DNA from: Eledone cirrhosa
Lineage: Eukaryota
Reading direction: 5' to 3'
DNA: 64,000 nt
NCBI GenBank assembly: GCA_964016885.1
Contig: OZ024743.1
Coordinates: 203,670,001-203,734,000 of the forward strand
Both the position numbers and the translations under genes were made by a program. Below are positions 40,303 through 53,913 of this stretch, one piece after another (position 1 is the first letter of the stretch; the number at the start of each line of letters is the position of its first letter). The notes under the pieces are model-generated. The model did no database searches, was not told where the DNA came from, and was given only the letters and a program-made list of their open reading frames with translations.

Positions 40303-41133
40303 TATGAAATATAAGAATCAAAGAACTGTTCAAAACATTATTGTGCTTACAGCTGTTTCCTCCAAACCGAGGTTTGCATTCTTCGGAGCAATTTATTAAT
40401 GAATGGACAGTTATATGACCTCCTTTTCACCCAAGAGACATACCGATAGATATGCAAATATTGTGGGTCAACATTCATTACAGCATTTAGAGTGGCAGTA
40501 CACACTTCGAGATTACATTCATATTAAGAGGTACAATCAAAAATCAAAAATACAGGTTAAAATACAACATGAGGATAAGCGGTTATATAGTGCAAATGTT
40601 ATATGTGTGGCAAGCACCTGCGTCTTGTTTATATAGTGTGGCAGAGAGATAAGTGTGGTAGGAGCACTTAGGTAGGTAAAGAAGAGTGTTAGGTTGGTTG
40701 ATCTGGTGGAAAATTCTTTATATGATTGTTATAGTCTGTGTGTGGAGAAATGTTATAAGCATTAAAAATAGTGGAAGCATTGAAAGTATTAAACGTATTG
40801 GAGATGCACAGCGAAGGGATGACAAGGACCTCATGTACTTCGACATTTTCATGGTCAGGGGAGTGTATTCTTCGATTATATGCCCCTCACATAATCCACG
40901 CAATTCTTTTATTATGAATGTAATCTCGAAGTGTGTACTGCCACTCTAAATGCTGTAATGAATGTTGACCCACAATATTTGCATATGTATCGGTATGTCT
41001 CTTGGCTGAAAAGGAGGTCATATAACTGTCCAGTCATTAATAAATTGCTCCGAAGAATCCAAACCTCGGTTTGGAGGAAACAGCTGTAAGCACAATAATG
41101 TTTTGAACAGTTCTTTGATTCTTATATTTCATA
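40303..41133. mobile_element. Fold-back with 220-bp arms, each carrying a CCGAAGA hammerhead
   Basis: Arms 40303-40523 / 40913-41133. Hammerheads at 40344-40390 (-) and 41046-41092 (+). Confidence 0.78.
41046..41092 (+). ncRNA. Minimal hammerhead motif, C4 variant
   Basis: TGCT-CCGAAGA-aTCCAAAC-ctcg-GTTTGGAg-GAAA-CAGCTG-TA|AGCA, with palindromic stem III ACAGCTGT. Confidence 0.68.
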
Positions 41134-41350
41134 GGAAATTATATATATGTATCTCATATGAAATAATACAGCCAATTTTCCACACAATACAATTAGTTAG
41201 CACCCCGAACGTTTAATTAGGAATATACTCACTTATTTCCTAATATTTGTTGAGTGAGTTGGGATTTGGCCGGAGTATCGCTATTAGGTTTCTCCGATAA
41301 TGTATATATATTAGGTTTCTCCGATAATGTATATATATTAGCTTTCTCCG

Positions 41351-41418
<68 letters not shown>

Positions 41419-41678
41419 AGCAAATTATATATATATATAAAGAGAGAGAGAAGGAGAAAGATCCACTAGTCCACCACTTTCATCGGATTCCAGACTTGAC
41501 TCTAATTCGGCAAACGGTATCAAATGCAGACACAATAAGTATTATTCATGTATTCGTGTACAAATTAATTAAAATTCAATCGATTTATAACCCTCACCTT
41601 GAAATAGTTTAACCTTTTTGCGTGGTAGAATAATAATCGTGCAAGAATTTCGAGAAAAGTAATAAAATAAGTGAAATA

Positions 41679-41746
41679 GATATTGGTTCATCAAGTATGA
41701 AATTTCTAGAAATTTCTAGAAAATTCCATACTTGACGACCCAATAT
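41679..41746. mobile_element. Tiny mariner-like MITE (second copy at 60298-60383)
   Basis: TATTGG.TC.TCAAGTATGAAATTT...ATACTTGACGACCCAATA terminal inverted repeats, TA flanks. Confidence 0.55.
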
Positions 41747-42183
41747 ATATTTAGCTCTCAATGAAAGGTCTTTCTTATATTTATTTTATATTTGTTTCAT
41801 TTGCACATCTTTCCTATTGTTTTAATGTGTTGTTATTTTATCATTTAATTTTAATATTTGTTCTCATTTATTTCTAATGATGTCCTGGTTTAGAGGTGTT
41901 TTGCTTTTGTTTGTTGATTACTTTTTGTTGTTTTTTTCTTCGTTTGTTTTTCGTGTCGGCATTTTGTGGGGTTTTTTTTTTGTTTTGCTTCATAAAACTC
42001 TAGACTGAGAAATGGTTCGTATATATTGTATTACCAAAGGAGAAATACGATTATTTCCTGTTTTGTTTACTTTTCTTTTTTCTAGTTGAGAAATAACCCA
42101 AAAGGTTTACTTGACACGTAATTAAAATTAATGTATATATAGAGAGATGTAATGTGTCTTTATATATATATGTGTGTGTGTGT

Positions 42184-42263
<80 letters not shown>

Positions 42264-42686
42264 TATATATATATATATATATAAACTAGAAATTTACCAA
42301 TACAAGCAAAGCGCAATGCACAGTTTTGTTCGCCTTTTCATCATGACTGTATATTTAAAATGTTCTCAACCATAATTTTCGTAAATTCTTCTGCGTAACG
42401 AATTGACCAAGTCTGTTCTGAAAGCCTCGGATCTACCAAAGTTTTGTGCTAAAAGTTAAGCAGTTAGAAATATTGTGGAATCTTGTATGAGGAACAATTT
42501 CATCTTTTTTTTCTTTTTTTGCTTGGTCGCCTCATTTAACTCGAGCTACTAGCATTTTGATATTGACACTCTGTGGCAAGCATTGGACTATGTCTTTGAT
42601 CTGAGAATAATGTCTTCCCTTCTTTTCACTACTTTAGAAGACTTGAAGTAGCATCGGTTCTGCTCTTCTGATTCTGATTAAGATAT

Positions 42687-42895
42687 TGTTTCTACTTTAG
42701 GCACAAGGCCAGCAATTTGAATGGAATGGGAAAGTCGATTAAATCGACTCCAGTGCATTCCAGGTTCTTTATTTTATTGACCCTGTAAGGATGAAAGGCA
42801 AAGCTAACCTCGACAGGATTTGAACTTAGAACGTAAAGGGCTGTAACTATATGTTACAAAGTATGCTATCCGACGCTCCGTCGATACAGCCAATA
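42687..42895 (-). mobile_element. tRNA-derived SINE
   Basis: Reverse complement of the SINE unit. Confidence 0.8.
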
Positions 42896-43547
42896 CACCA
42901 CACTTTTATTTTGATTATTTTCATTAACAATAATTTATTTTTAAAAGATCGAAGATTGACAGAGCATTTTTTATTCTTCAATTGTTTTAATCTTCTCATT
43001 GCCACATTTTTAATGAAAACCACTGACTATGATTTTCAATTAATTGTGAAAAGTATCAAAATAATTTGATCATTTAGTAACATAACATTTTCCATTATTA
43101 AGGTGGTGTTTGAAACAGCAAAAGATTCTTACATTATTTTGAAAGGTGTTAATGTATGTAAGAACGCTTTAAGATGACCAGTTTTTGTATCATAGAACTA
43201 AGGATGGATAATAAAGTACCTGATCAACACGAATATCAACATGACAGTAGCACAAGATTTCAACATTATAAACTTTAATAAGAATTTCTACATTGTTATT
43301 AACGTATAAAAGAATGTAATATAATTGAAGAAGATGAACCGAATAAGCTTTAGGTTTTATATAAACGTGTTTAAATGTCTGATTGGCTGATCAAAACAAT
43401 TATAAAACGTTGATTACTTTGGTTAATTCTTTTTATGGAGATATAAAACAGAATTACATATATACATATGCATACAAACGTATACATAGACAAACACAAA
43501 CACGCACTGAGACACACACACAGACGTATATATATATATATATATAT

Positions 43548-43646
43548 ATAGGGTGTCCCAAAAATGTACACACACTTCAATAACATTCTAATAAATATTA
43601 CCTGTACAGTAATCAAAGTATGTATACATTTTGGGGGGACACCCTG

Positions 43647-43648
<2 letters not shown>
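43548..43648. mobile_element. Tc1/mariner-type MITE
   Basis: TIRs (C/T)AGGGTGTCCC.AAAATGTA.ACA / TGTATACATTTT.GGGACACCCTG within TA repeats. Confidence 0.7.
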
Positions 43649-43695
<47 letters not shown>

Positions 43696-43942
43696 TGTAA
43701 AATGTGTGAAAACCTTGGTACAGTTGGGTACATTTGGAAAAAAGAAAAGAATGACTTCACTTGTAGTTTGTATTCTAAACAATTTAATTTTATAATTTTA
43801 CAGTTTTGCTAGATCTTATAAGAATTTAATCAAATGTACTCCACCACCCCAACTCCCAACCTTCCGCTTATTTCACCCACTACCCCAATCATTTGAAACC
43901 CGAGAGTATGCGTGATTATTTTTATTGTACTTGTTATTTTAG

Positions 43943-44098
43943 ATATACGCGATTATGACGTCCAACGGTAACCCCGTGATCACAGGCAGCGGTATCACAG
44001 TCCAAGCCAATATACGCAGGTTTGATTTCAGTGACAAGAAAGAACTGCAGTACAGAGCTGAAATACAAAATAAAGTCTACAAGAGAGAATTAGTGGCG
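43943..44098 (+). CDS. GABA-B-R3: GABA-B receptor exon, proximal cytoplasmic tail
   Basis: ttttAG acceptor, 156 nt = IYAIMTSNGNPVITGSGITVQANIRRFDFSDKKELQYRAEIQNKVYKRELVA, donor GCG|gtaaga, in phase with the previous exon. N.RRF..DxxELQYRxE.QNxVYKxE resembles the insect GABA-B-R3 tail (recalled, not searched). Confidence 0.88.
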
Positions 44099-44333
44099 GT
44101 AAGACTGTTTCCCTTGCTAGCGTCCATTTTGAGAGAGAAAGAGATAGTGAAAGGGGGAGTAAGAGAGGAAGATAGAAGGAAAGAGAGACAGATAGAAAGA
44201 CGGAAGGAGAAGAACAGGTGGAGAGAAACAGAGTGAGGAAGATGGAGAGAGGGGAAGAGCTTTGTTTAGTATAGATTACTACATACATTTCACAATAGTA
44301 CACATTGATACAGGCATTTTACATTAGTACACT

Positions 44334-44780
44334 ACTTCTTCTTCTTCTTCTTCACCCACTTATTTCTGAGACGGTCGTGGGGGCAGAGCTCTCAAATACT
44401 CCTTCCAGCGGGTCCTGTCAGAAGCAACCGTCTCCAACTGATCCAGCTGGATCTCCAAGTGAGGCCTGTCAAGTTCATAGATGTTTTCCAACTATCTTGC
44501 TCAGGGTCTACCCTTGGGTCTCCAGCCGGTTGGTTTTGCCCGTAAAATCTATCCAGCGATTTTTTCCTGAGATATTCTCACCACATGCCCATAGTATCGG
44601 AGCTGTGATCTCTCAATTCGGAGAAGTAGCGGCTCTACCTGGAGTGACTCTCTGATCACCGAGCTACGCGTTCTATCGAATAATGTTACTCCGAAGATCC
44701 TTCGGAGGAACCCCTTTTCGGCCGCTTGTACTCTTTCGGTCATTACCCAAGATTAATGACCATAGGTAAGGGTTGGCATG
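44334..44780 (-). mobile_element. 3' fragment of an RTE-like LINE
   Basis: AAEKGFLRRIFGVTLFDR..RES..IERSQLRYYGHVVR, with a (GAA)n tail at 44334-44352. Confidence 0.78.
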
Positions 44781-45606
44781 AAACATTAGTACACAATGAT
44801 TCAAATCAGTACAAACATTTCACATTTTACACAGTACACAGTTCGCCCTAATCATACATTTTCGTGAATGGATACTGCCCTTCTTCCTCCATCTTGCCAA
44901 TAAAAAGAAACACATTGGGAAACACGCATCATCAGATCTATTCACAAACATACAAACATACACACGCATAACCAATTTAACACGTACTGAGATTGAAACA
45001 AAATAAGAAAATATATATGAGCTAAGATTAATCTACAATAAATTTTACTTCAGGCACTAAGCCAGTCATTTAGCTGGAGGAGAAAGTCAAGTAAATTGAC
45101 TCCCAATACTTGACTGATACTTTATTTTATCGACCACCGAAAGATAAAAGGCGAAATTGACCTCCGCGAGATTTGTTCCCAGAACGTAAAGAGCTGGCTG
45201 TATAGTGCTGAGCTTTTGTCTGACGCTCTATCGACTCTACCAATCCTCCGACCGCTGATTAATCTATAATAATATATACTAATTTCAGTGGGCATGTCCG
45301 TATGACTTTCTCGCGTGTAGACACGGTCTCCCCATACGCACACATTTTACTTACGTGAACAACAATGACGGCGAGGGTAAATATTGCACTTAAAGTAAAT
45401 AAACTGCAAAATCAAATATGTCGTTGCAAGTTCGTATCGATCTACCGTCACAAGAGAAGTCTTGCCTTTTATTCTGTGCCCTTCCAGAATAAATGCTATG
45501 GAGTTTCTGTGAGTCAATAAAAAATGTTTCATTCGAAAATCGGTATGTGTTCGAATCTCATCAGAAGAAATGTGTTGGATTGTTTCAAAGATGCTTCTGC
45601 TTTTCA

Positions 45607-45795
45607 TTGGCAATTTCGGTAGAGCGTCGGATGAAATGCTTTGCAGCATAGAGTTACGGCCTTTTAAGGTCTGAGTTCAAATCGCGCCGTGGTTAGCTTT
45701 GCCTTTCATCCTTAATATATGATGGGGTCGATTTAATCGACTTTCGCCTCCCCTTCAAATTGCTGGCTTTGTGCTTATAGTTGAAGCAATTATTA
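45607..45795 (+). mobile_element. tRNA-derived SINE (another degenerate copy on - at ~45050-45255)
   Basis: Matches the SINE unit. Confidence 0.75.
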
Positions 45796-46328
45796 ATCTC
45801 ATCTTTGTTTAATTAAGCTGAGGTCATCAATTTGTATTGAATAAACGTCATGGTATCAAATTAAATATACCGCAAGCCGAAATATGTCGGTCTGGGTGAG
45901 TATCATTTCCATATCAAAAACAGTTGTCCATTTCCACACATTTGTATATATCTACAGATACATTAGAAAACAAAAGCACACATAGTGACTTACACGAACA
46001 AAAAAACCACCCAGAGGGCTATATTTCTGCTAATATAATATAAGATCCAGATTAAAAATCTCCTCTATGGATCATATTTTAGTTGATTTGTTCTTTATTA
46101 CTTTAAGTTTGACATGTTTATCGGATAGTGTTGCCATTCTTCTATTCTTTTATTTGTTGTTGATTTTGCTCTAATACATCGAGAAAGAGAATCACATGAT
46201 TTTCGATCCTAATAAACAGAATAATTATTAAGTTCATTTAATTCCTGAGTTAAATTAATGTTTTCTTCTTATTTCATTGTTAATATTTTAATCTCTGTAA
46301 TTTATATATATATATATAATGATATATA

Positions 46329-46407
<79 letters not shown>

Positions 46408-46471
46408 AATATGATATATATATATATATGGTGTGTGTGTGTGTGTATAAATAAATATATATATACACACA

Positions 46472-46524
<53 letters not shown>

Positions 46525-46655
46525 GTGTGTGTTATCATGTTAACATTTTTACTGTTACATTATTTTCTGTTTAAATTTTAATTAAATCTAATTCTTATTC
46601 GTCTAATTGCTTTTGCTGTTTCCTGTCATTTTGCTCTTATCTCATTTCCATTAAG

Positions 46656-46804
46656 CTCGAGGAAGAAATCAATCGTCTGGAGTATTTATTGGAATTACCA
46701 AATATCTCTTATTTCCGTTTTACTGATGAACTACTCGCCTTGATGCCAGACGACGGGATGGATAGTTTATCGACGAATATCACCGGAACTGCTGCTACAC
46801 AGAG
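46656..46804 (+). CDS. GABA-B-R3: GABA-B receptor exon, coiled-coil continuation
   Basis: Pyrimidine tract + ttaAG acceptor, 149 nt = LEEEINRLEYLLELPNISYFRFTDELLALMPDDGMDSLSTNITGTAATQ+AG, donor AG|gtaagt (phase 2). Continues the heptad of the previous exon. Confidence 0.82.
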
Positions 46805-47447
46805 GTAAGTCTAAATAGCTGTCCAACTCACTTGGAAGTGTTACTCATGTCCGCAGCTAACTAAAATAAAACCGTGAGTAGATGAGTGAAACCTCCTGTC
46901 GTTGTATTGACATTGTCATTACTTTTCTATATACACCCAGTTATATAACTACTGTGCAGAAAGAATTAATGGTATCTAATTCAAGTACAAGACCAGAAAT
47001 TTTGTGAGGAGGGATACGGAGACTATATCGACCCGCGTACTTAACTGGTATTTGTATTTTATCGATCCTGTTGGGATAATAGGCAAAGTTCTTTCTATAT
47101 ATAAATATATGTATGCATGCCTATATGATGTAGACCACATCTTCTTTTGGGGCAAATGCATTCGATGTTCAGAGAGTGGGATTGGCCCTGTGCAAAGTCT
47201 TTCCTCACTTAAAAAAGCTTCAAACACAGCCATCGTTTGATATGTGGCATTTTCTTTTGCGATGCATTTTTTTGCTGGCCATAGGGAACTCCCTAGCAGG
47301 ACTAAAAAGCCATGTCCTTGATGCTCATGCTTAAGTGTCAAGCGATGGCATTACTCAAAATCGAGTTGCAGCATGGATGTATGTATGCGTGTATTCATGT
47401 GTATTTATGTATATATGTAGGCGCGTATGTATATGTGTCTGTGTATG

Positions 47448-47506
<59 letters not shown>

Positions 47507-47529
47507 AGGACACCATTCTAGGAGGAGGA

Positions 47530-48092
47530 AACCTTTGATATAGAAATGCCTCGGGTCATAGGAGAGTATCTTTTGCACGAACTTGGCACAGACTATGTGG
47601 AATTTTAGAGCTTTGGCCAAAATTCTCTTCACTAATACCAACAGCTTCAGATACCAACCTCACTTTAACTCGAGGGCTTTGCATCACTAACTTCACACTT
47701 CCTCAATTCCTTTAGCTCCTTTCGTGCGGTATCCGGTGCTCCAAATCTACATTCATCTTCAACCTGTACATGTCCTTCAAAACATCGTTTAAACCCTCTA
47801 TAGAAACTTGCTTTGCTCATCAATTCACTCCCATAGGCCGCCTCAAGCATAGGCTTCTTGTTGGATATTCTTAAATTTGATGGCGTAATGTTGCATCATA
47901 TTCCCCGAATCTTGGGAAGTGTTGACAGATCGACGAATCGGATCACAATGGTTCCAGCATGTAGGCCCCTGGCAGATAACAAGCTGCCAGTTAGTAACTT
48001 TATACATTATATATAAGTCTACACCATGAAGTAGCATTCTGAATATATTTAATGCCTCTCCTGAAATACTCATTACTTATTGAACGTACCTC
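47530..48092 (-). mobile_element. Decayed mariner transposon, 5' part
   Basis: TIR-like TATGAGGTACGTTCAATAAGT. Transposase HTH remnants QHYAIKF / MLEAAYGSELMSKASFYRGFKRCFEG..VEDECRFGAP / CAKFVQKILS. Confidence 0.75.
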
Positions 48093-48116
48093 ATATATAT
48101 ATATATATATATGTGT

Positions 48117-48159
<43 letters not shown>

Positions 48160-48249
48160 GTGTGTGTGTGAGTTTGTGCGTGTGGATGTGTGTGTGTGTA
48201 TTATGTATGTATGCATATGTGTGTCTATTGTTGATGATGCAGTAATTGA

Positions 48250-48600
48250 CACCATTAAATAAGGGCCTTCTCCTCACCTCCTTGAACATTGGACCCATGT
48301 TAGATGAAGTAACAACGGCAATACGTAATCTGAATCTTGGTAAGGCTTTCGGTAAAGATAGAATTTGCCCTGAGGTCTTATGTTACGGCTATATATATAT
48401 ATATATATATATAGCCGTAACATACAGAATCATCACGAGTTTGTTAATGTAGTCTAGAGATATGGCACTGTTCCCAGATACTGGAAGGAAGCAATTATAC
48501 TGCCTCTTCATAACACAAGGCGTGTGAGAATAAATTGTGCCAACTACTGACGTATTTACTGTCTGCTGGTGCCAATCTTCTGGCAAATATTCTTCGAAGC
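48250..48600 (+). mobile_element. Degenerate LINE RT fragment
   Basis: PMLDEVTTAIRNLNLGKAFGKDRICPEVL, the pre-RT motif KAxGxDxI..E. Confidence 0.6.
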
Positions 48601-48861
48601 TGCCAGAACAACTTGTGGTTTTTCGAAATTTCACCGTACCTGCAACAAAATGTGTAGTTCCTGAGAGGATATTACAGAATATCCGTGGAGTGCAGCCTAA
48701 TTATCGTTGTACCCTAGGCCTAGAGCTCATCATCCTCCCCACTCTTCTGTGACACTAAAGCCCTTGCCTTTCCCCTTTTCATATTTTCTTATTTTACATT
48801 CAATTCTTTCTTCTCAATCTTTTTTATTTTTTTATTTTCTATTAAATTAGTGTTACTATTA

Positions 48862-49080
48862 TAGTGGATTGGCAGTATTGGTAGAGGATCGGACACCATG
48901 CTTTGCAGCATAGAGTTACGGCCCTTTATGATCTAAGTTCAAATCCCGCCGATGTCAACTTTGCCTTTCATCCTTACGGGGTCGATAAAATAAAGTACCA
49001 GTCACGCACTGGGGTCGATTTAATCGACTTTCCTCTCCCCCAACATTGCTGGCCGTGTGCCTATATAAGAAACCACCATT
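48862..49080 (+). mobile_element. tRNA-derived SINE
   Basis: Full unit. Confidence 0.83.
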
Positions 49081-49093
49081 ATAAACATCAATA

Positions 49094-49262
49094 AATTCGA
49101 AGGAAATCATCAGCGAAGCCCTGATTATTTCCTGATGATTTCCTCCGAATGAAACAGTTCTAGTCCTGTAGAAGGTATTTCTATATTAAATATTGTATAT
49201 ACTCTATGCATTGAGTACCTTACTTACTGTGGTTACCCCCCCCCCCGTTTGAACCCGGGATA
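49094..49262. mobile_element. Family B element
   Basis: CTGATGATTTCCTCCGAATGAAACAGTTCTAGTCCTGTAGAA...ACTCTATGCATTGAGTACC. Confidence 0.72.
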
Positions 49263-49282
49263 CAAACACACACACACACACA

Positions 49283-49350
<68 letters not shown>

Positions 49351-49354
<4 letters not shown>

Positions 49355-49540
49355 AGTAAGTAAGACCCCGACGGCTGAGCTCAAGCCGTTTCGACGGCTA
49401 ATTCTGTCAGAATTAGCCGTCGAAACGGCTTGAGCTCAGCCGTCGGGGTCTTACTTACTCCTATTACCCGCTCTACTACCCTAAGTATTGAGTACTTTGG
49501 TGCGTTATGGTCCACCTGGTTCCTTACCACTTTTCCCTCG

Positions 49541-49542
<2 letters not shown>
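49351..49542. mobile_element. Family A fold-back
   Basis: Perfect ~55-bp inverted arms 49351-49405 / 49408-49462 plus tail, between (TA)n tracts. Confidence 0.87.
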
Positions 49543-49578
<36 letters not shown>

Positions 49579-49581
<3 letters not shown>

Positions 49582-52500
49582 GGAGGTGAGTTTTATTGTA
49601 GCACAATAAAGCAATGCAAATATCGGATAAGTAGCACTCAACAGTTTATTGGACTGGAGTATATATAAGAAGAAATTAAAAGATGGTGAAAAAACATGGA
49701 TTACTACAGCATCACAACCTCACTTAAAAACATACCTATTCCGGGAAAATCTGAATTCACTAAACTTTTGATTGAAAAGACTGACTCTTTTGTGAAAAGG
49801 CTTAGATGGATCGCCTTGTTCCATGACCAGCGCTTAAAAGGAAATGTTTATATTAAGGAACATAACAATATTGATTCTTTTTTTAACTCTAGAAGGAATC
49901 CTCCTTTCAATAAAAACCTAGCACAGTTTGAAGATGAACTAACTAAAATTATACGAGGACTTAAATTCAAGAGAAACCCTTATAGAGGACAGGAACACCT
50001 TATCAATCTCAGGAATAAAATGATCGACCTTAATTCCTCTAAAAAAGTTTTAGTTCATTCTGACAAAACTAATAATTTATACGGCGTAACTAGAGATAAA
50101 TATAATAACCTTATCCTTAAGGAACTAAGGAAGAAATATCGCAAAACCAACCATGAGAATCTTGAATCTATTAATTTTTAAGCTTTTGAGATTATTTCTA
50201 AACTTGGTATCGAGAAAAAGACCGAACCCTTCTTCCCAAGAACTCCGAGGATAAATCTTAAAGATTACAAAATTAATTTTCGAACTGAATTGCCTGTTAG
50301 ACTAATCGCCCCCTCTAAATCCGATCTGGGGTTGTTAGTAAATCCATCTTGGATAGAATTATCCCACAGGTTCGTTCTAACTGCTCTAATTCTAATTTAA
50401 ATTTATGGATGAGTACATCTGATGTAATAGACTGGTTCAATGACCTGAATAATAAAAACAAACAAAAATTTATTTAGTTTGACATCGCCAGTTACTATTC
50501 TTCTATTTCGCCTTCACTCCTCAACAAAGCTCTCTCTTATGCGTTTAAATATTCAGACATCACCATAGATGAATTGAACATCATTCTCACCGAAAGAAAA
50601 ACTATCCTGGAATTCAACAACGAATATTGGACTAGAGCTGATACTTCCAACAATTTTGACATCACCATGGGTTCGTCGGATTCAGCGCAATTGACGGACT
50701 TGGTTGGAATTTTCATCTTGAACTCTTTAAATCGGAAAATTCCTCAACTTTGCGGTGGAATTTATCGTGACGATGCCCTTTTTACTGTCTTAAACTGTAA
50801 CTTAGTAAACCTTAATATTATCAAGAATAATGTACTTGATCCATTTAAGCACCTTAACCTAAAATTTGAATTTGAGAACAACGTTAAATTAGCTAACTTC
50901 CTAGATATATCACTTAATCTTTACACCGGCCTATATTACCCATACCATAAGGATAATGAGAACCAAAATTATGTTAATTTTAAATCAAACCACCCTATTA
51001 ATGTTAAAAATGCTATAGTCAGAAATGTTGAAAAAAGAATTTCTAATCTATCTTCTAATAAACTTATCTTTGACGCTAAAGCCAATTATTACAATAATGC
51101 GCTATCCAGAGCTGGTTATCCAGACAGAATTAAATACAATAATGAAACCAATCATGGCAGAACTTATAGTAATATAGCTAGTTATAAGCATTCCAATAGC
51201 ATAAAGAGGAGAGCTAGATATAAAAATATTATTTGGTACAACGCTCCTTTTTCTCTTTCTATTATTAGTAATATTCCTAAATTATTTTTTAGGGCGTTAG
51301 ATAATTGCTTCCCTCCTTCACATATTTATAGTAAGATCTTTAATAAACATACAATTAAATTCTCTTATTCCACCACTTCCAACATCTCTAACATTATCTC
51401 AAAACATAATACTAAAATATTAAATAATAAATCATATCCATCCAACCCTGAGCGCCATAGTAATAACACTATAAGACCTCACGTTAATGTAAACTCTACA
51501 CAAGATTACTTATAAATACGACGTCAAACGTAATTTCGTTGAATGCTCCTAATACTAATCTAAATCAGGAAACATTAGCACCTCTTGTAGGTAATTTCTC
51601 CACTACAATTCCTTCTATAATTAATTCTGTGCCACTTGCAAATAACTCTGCTAATAACATTAATCGTAAATGCAATTGCCCTAATAGAACTAAATGTCCT
51701 CTTAATAATCACTGTCTCGATAAAAATTTGGTATACGAATGTAAGGTGATAACTAGTACCAATTCTTATACCTACTTTGGCTCTACTTCTACTTCCTTTA
51801 AGACAAGGTTATATAACCATTCTTCGTCTTTTAAATACCCACTTAAAAGAATAAACACTGCACTCTCAGAACTCATCTGGTCCTTAGAAGACAAAAACAT
51901 TAATTAAAAAATTTCTTGGAGGAAGATTTGCAACGCTTCTCCTTATTCCAAAGCTTCCCTATCTAGCGGAAAGATTTACCATTATCTCTAATTTTAACTC
52001 TATAATAAACTTTAACTTTTTAATTCTCTATAGCAAATTCCTTTATCTTCTTGGGGATACAAGTTTCTTTTAAATAGTTCATCTTTATATCATTTTTTCT
52101 CAGCATTACTTTTTTAAGCCGATATATTTCACAATTTTTTACTTCAAATCTATTAATATTAGCATTAGGTGAATTTTGTAAACAAATTTTTTGACGTAAT
52201 ATTTTCTTCCTCGTATTTTTTCTTTTTTCTCTCTTTCCATGCTGTCTTAACTTAAATAATTACTTTTTCTATTACAATCTATTGAAACAAACTAGGACCC
52301 TATATCGTCTTCTAAGCTTATAAATTATTTAATTTTATTCTCATTCACCTTATCTTATTTTAATTTATTTTATCTTAATAATACATTTTAATAAATTTTT
52401 CGCACATCTTCATAAATCCTTCACTATATAAACCCTAAATATATAAACCATAAATAAATAGTATACTTAATTTCTATATCTGTAATCATAAACATCATCA

Positions 52501-52960
52501 TTCATAAACCTCATTAATTTTTAATTATTTAATTTTTTTATTTATTTATAAATTTACAACCGTTTTTTCAGTTATCTCTCTGTGGAGACAGCATTTCTCA
52601 GTTTAAATGTTTATCTCTCTCTCTCTCTTTCTCTCCTTTCTCTTTCTCTTTCCTTCCTCCTTCTTATACTCTTCCTCCCTTATCCTTTCCTTCTTTTTTC
52701 CTTTTTTCCTTTCTTCCTCTTCCTTCCGTTTTTCCCTTCCTTCCCTTTTTTCCAATCTTCTATATCCTTGTAAATTTATTTATCATTTGTTGATTAGACA
52801 CTACCTTGCTCACAAGTGTTTTTTTAAGCTTCATATCATTTCTCCCTATTTTATCTGATGAGAACGCAAATATCGTCCCAGGATGATATTTGATTTTGAA
52901 ATGCGCATAATAAAATACATGGAACTTTTTTAACCATCTTTTAATTTCTTCTTATATATA
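49579..52960 (+). mobile_element. Near full-length decayed Penelope-like element
   Basis: ORF remnants 49696-51960 (LKNIPIP, HSDKTNNLY, FDITMGSSDSA, IYRDD, NFLDI, CNC..CPL..C, LVYEC..YFGST) with stops and a frameshift. 3' hammerhead 52847-52917. The 5' end 49579-49700 is an inverted copy of the 3' end plus tail. Confidence 0.9.
52847..52917 (+). ncRNA. Minimal type I hammerhead ribozyme motif
   Basis: TATTTTAT-CTGATGA-..CAAATATCGTCC-ca-GGATGATATTTG..-GAAA-TGCGCA-TA|ATAAAATA, with palindromic stem III ATGCGCAT. Confidence 0.78.
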
Positions 52961-53233
52961 TATAAGGGTTTTATTTACAGTATTAATAATTGTTTCATTT
53001 ATCAGATGAGTCTAAAGGCCGCTAATCACTCGAAGTTGCGTCACTCGACCTTAAATACAGTGTTTTTCTCTGATCAAATCATCAAGAATAACCTGCATGA
53101 GAATTCTCGCAAACTCGCTAGCTAACTAAGGAAAGCTCTTGTTGAGTAAAAACAACTTCGTACGTTAAAACTATCCATAGTACCTAGTACTCACAACCTC
53201 TAACTGGATTACCTAAAATTATAACTTGTTATC

Positions 53234-53275
<42 letters not shown>

Positions 53276-53277
<2 letters not shown>

Positions 53278-53405
53278 CGAAGGAAGTGTGGTAACAGGAA
53301 AAAGTTTAACTCCGACGGCAGAGCTCAAGCCGTTTCGACGGCTATTTCTGGACCAGAAATAGCCGTCGAAACGGCTTGAGCTCTGCCGTCGAGGTTAAAC
53401 TTTTT

Positions 53406-53410
<5 letters not shown>
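53276..53410. mobile_element. Family A fold-back (subfamily)
   Basis: AGGAAAAAGTTTAAC..CGACGGCAGAGCTCAAGCCGTTTCGACGGCTATTTCTGG mirrored, TA flanks. Confidence 0.8.
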
Positions 53411-53465
<55 letters not shown>

Positions 53466-53689
53466 TGATATTTAAATGTCGTATTAAAAAGGTGCAGATC
53501 ATAGTTCGACCAGGCATTGTTTTACCGACTGACTGTCATTGGCTCACAATTAATAGTTCCGCTTTAACAAATTGCTTTAATTTTAAAACAGTTTACACTT
53601 GGCAAGGTGCCTTTTTATATATTGCTTTAGATTTAAATACCCACCTACATACATATATATATCTATGTGTATATATATATATATATAAG

Positions 53690-53876
53690 TTTATCCCGGG
53701 TTAAATCGGGGGTAACCACGGTAAGTAAGGTACTCAATGCAAAGTAGAGTATAAATATTTAATATAGAAAGGCTTCTACAGGACTAGAACTGTTTCATTC
53801 GGGAGAAATCAGTAGGAAGCCCCTGATGATTTCTCCCGAATGAAACAGTTCTAGTCCTGTAGAAGCATTTCTATAT

Positions 53877-53882
<6 letters not shown>
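53690..53882. mobile_element. Family B fold-back
   Basis: Arms 53754-53811 / 53823-53882, tail on the left. Confidence 0.75.

Positions 53883-53913
<31 letters not shown>

Noticed and set aside
42284-42330. Possible minus-strand Helitron 3' end (ACTAG start)
   Set aside because: No clear subterminal hairpin or matching 5' end.
49696-51960. Selenocysteine recoding of the Penelope in-frame stops
   Set aside because: The stops I checked are TAA or TAG and accompany a frameshift, consistent with ordinary decay.
53006-53150. Candidate extra exon after tttatcAG
   Set aside because: The required phase-2 frame hits TGA immediately and there is no good donor. Exon 46804 joins 56649 in frame without it.
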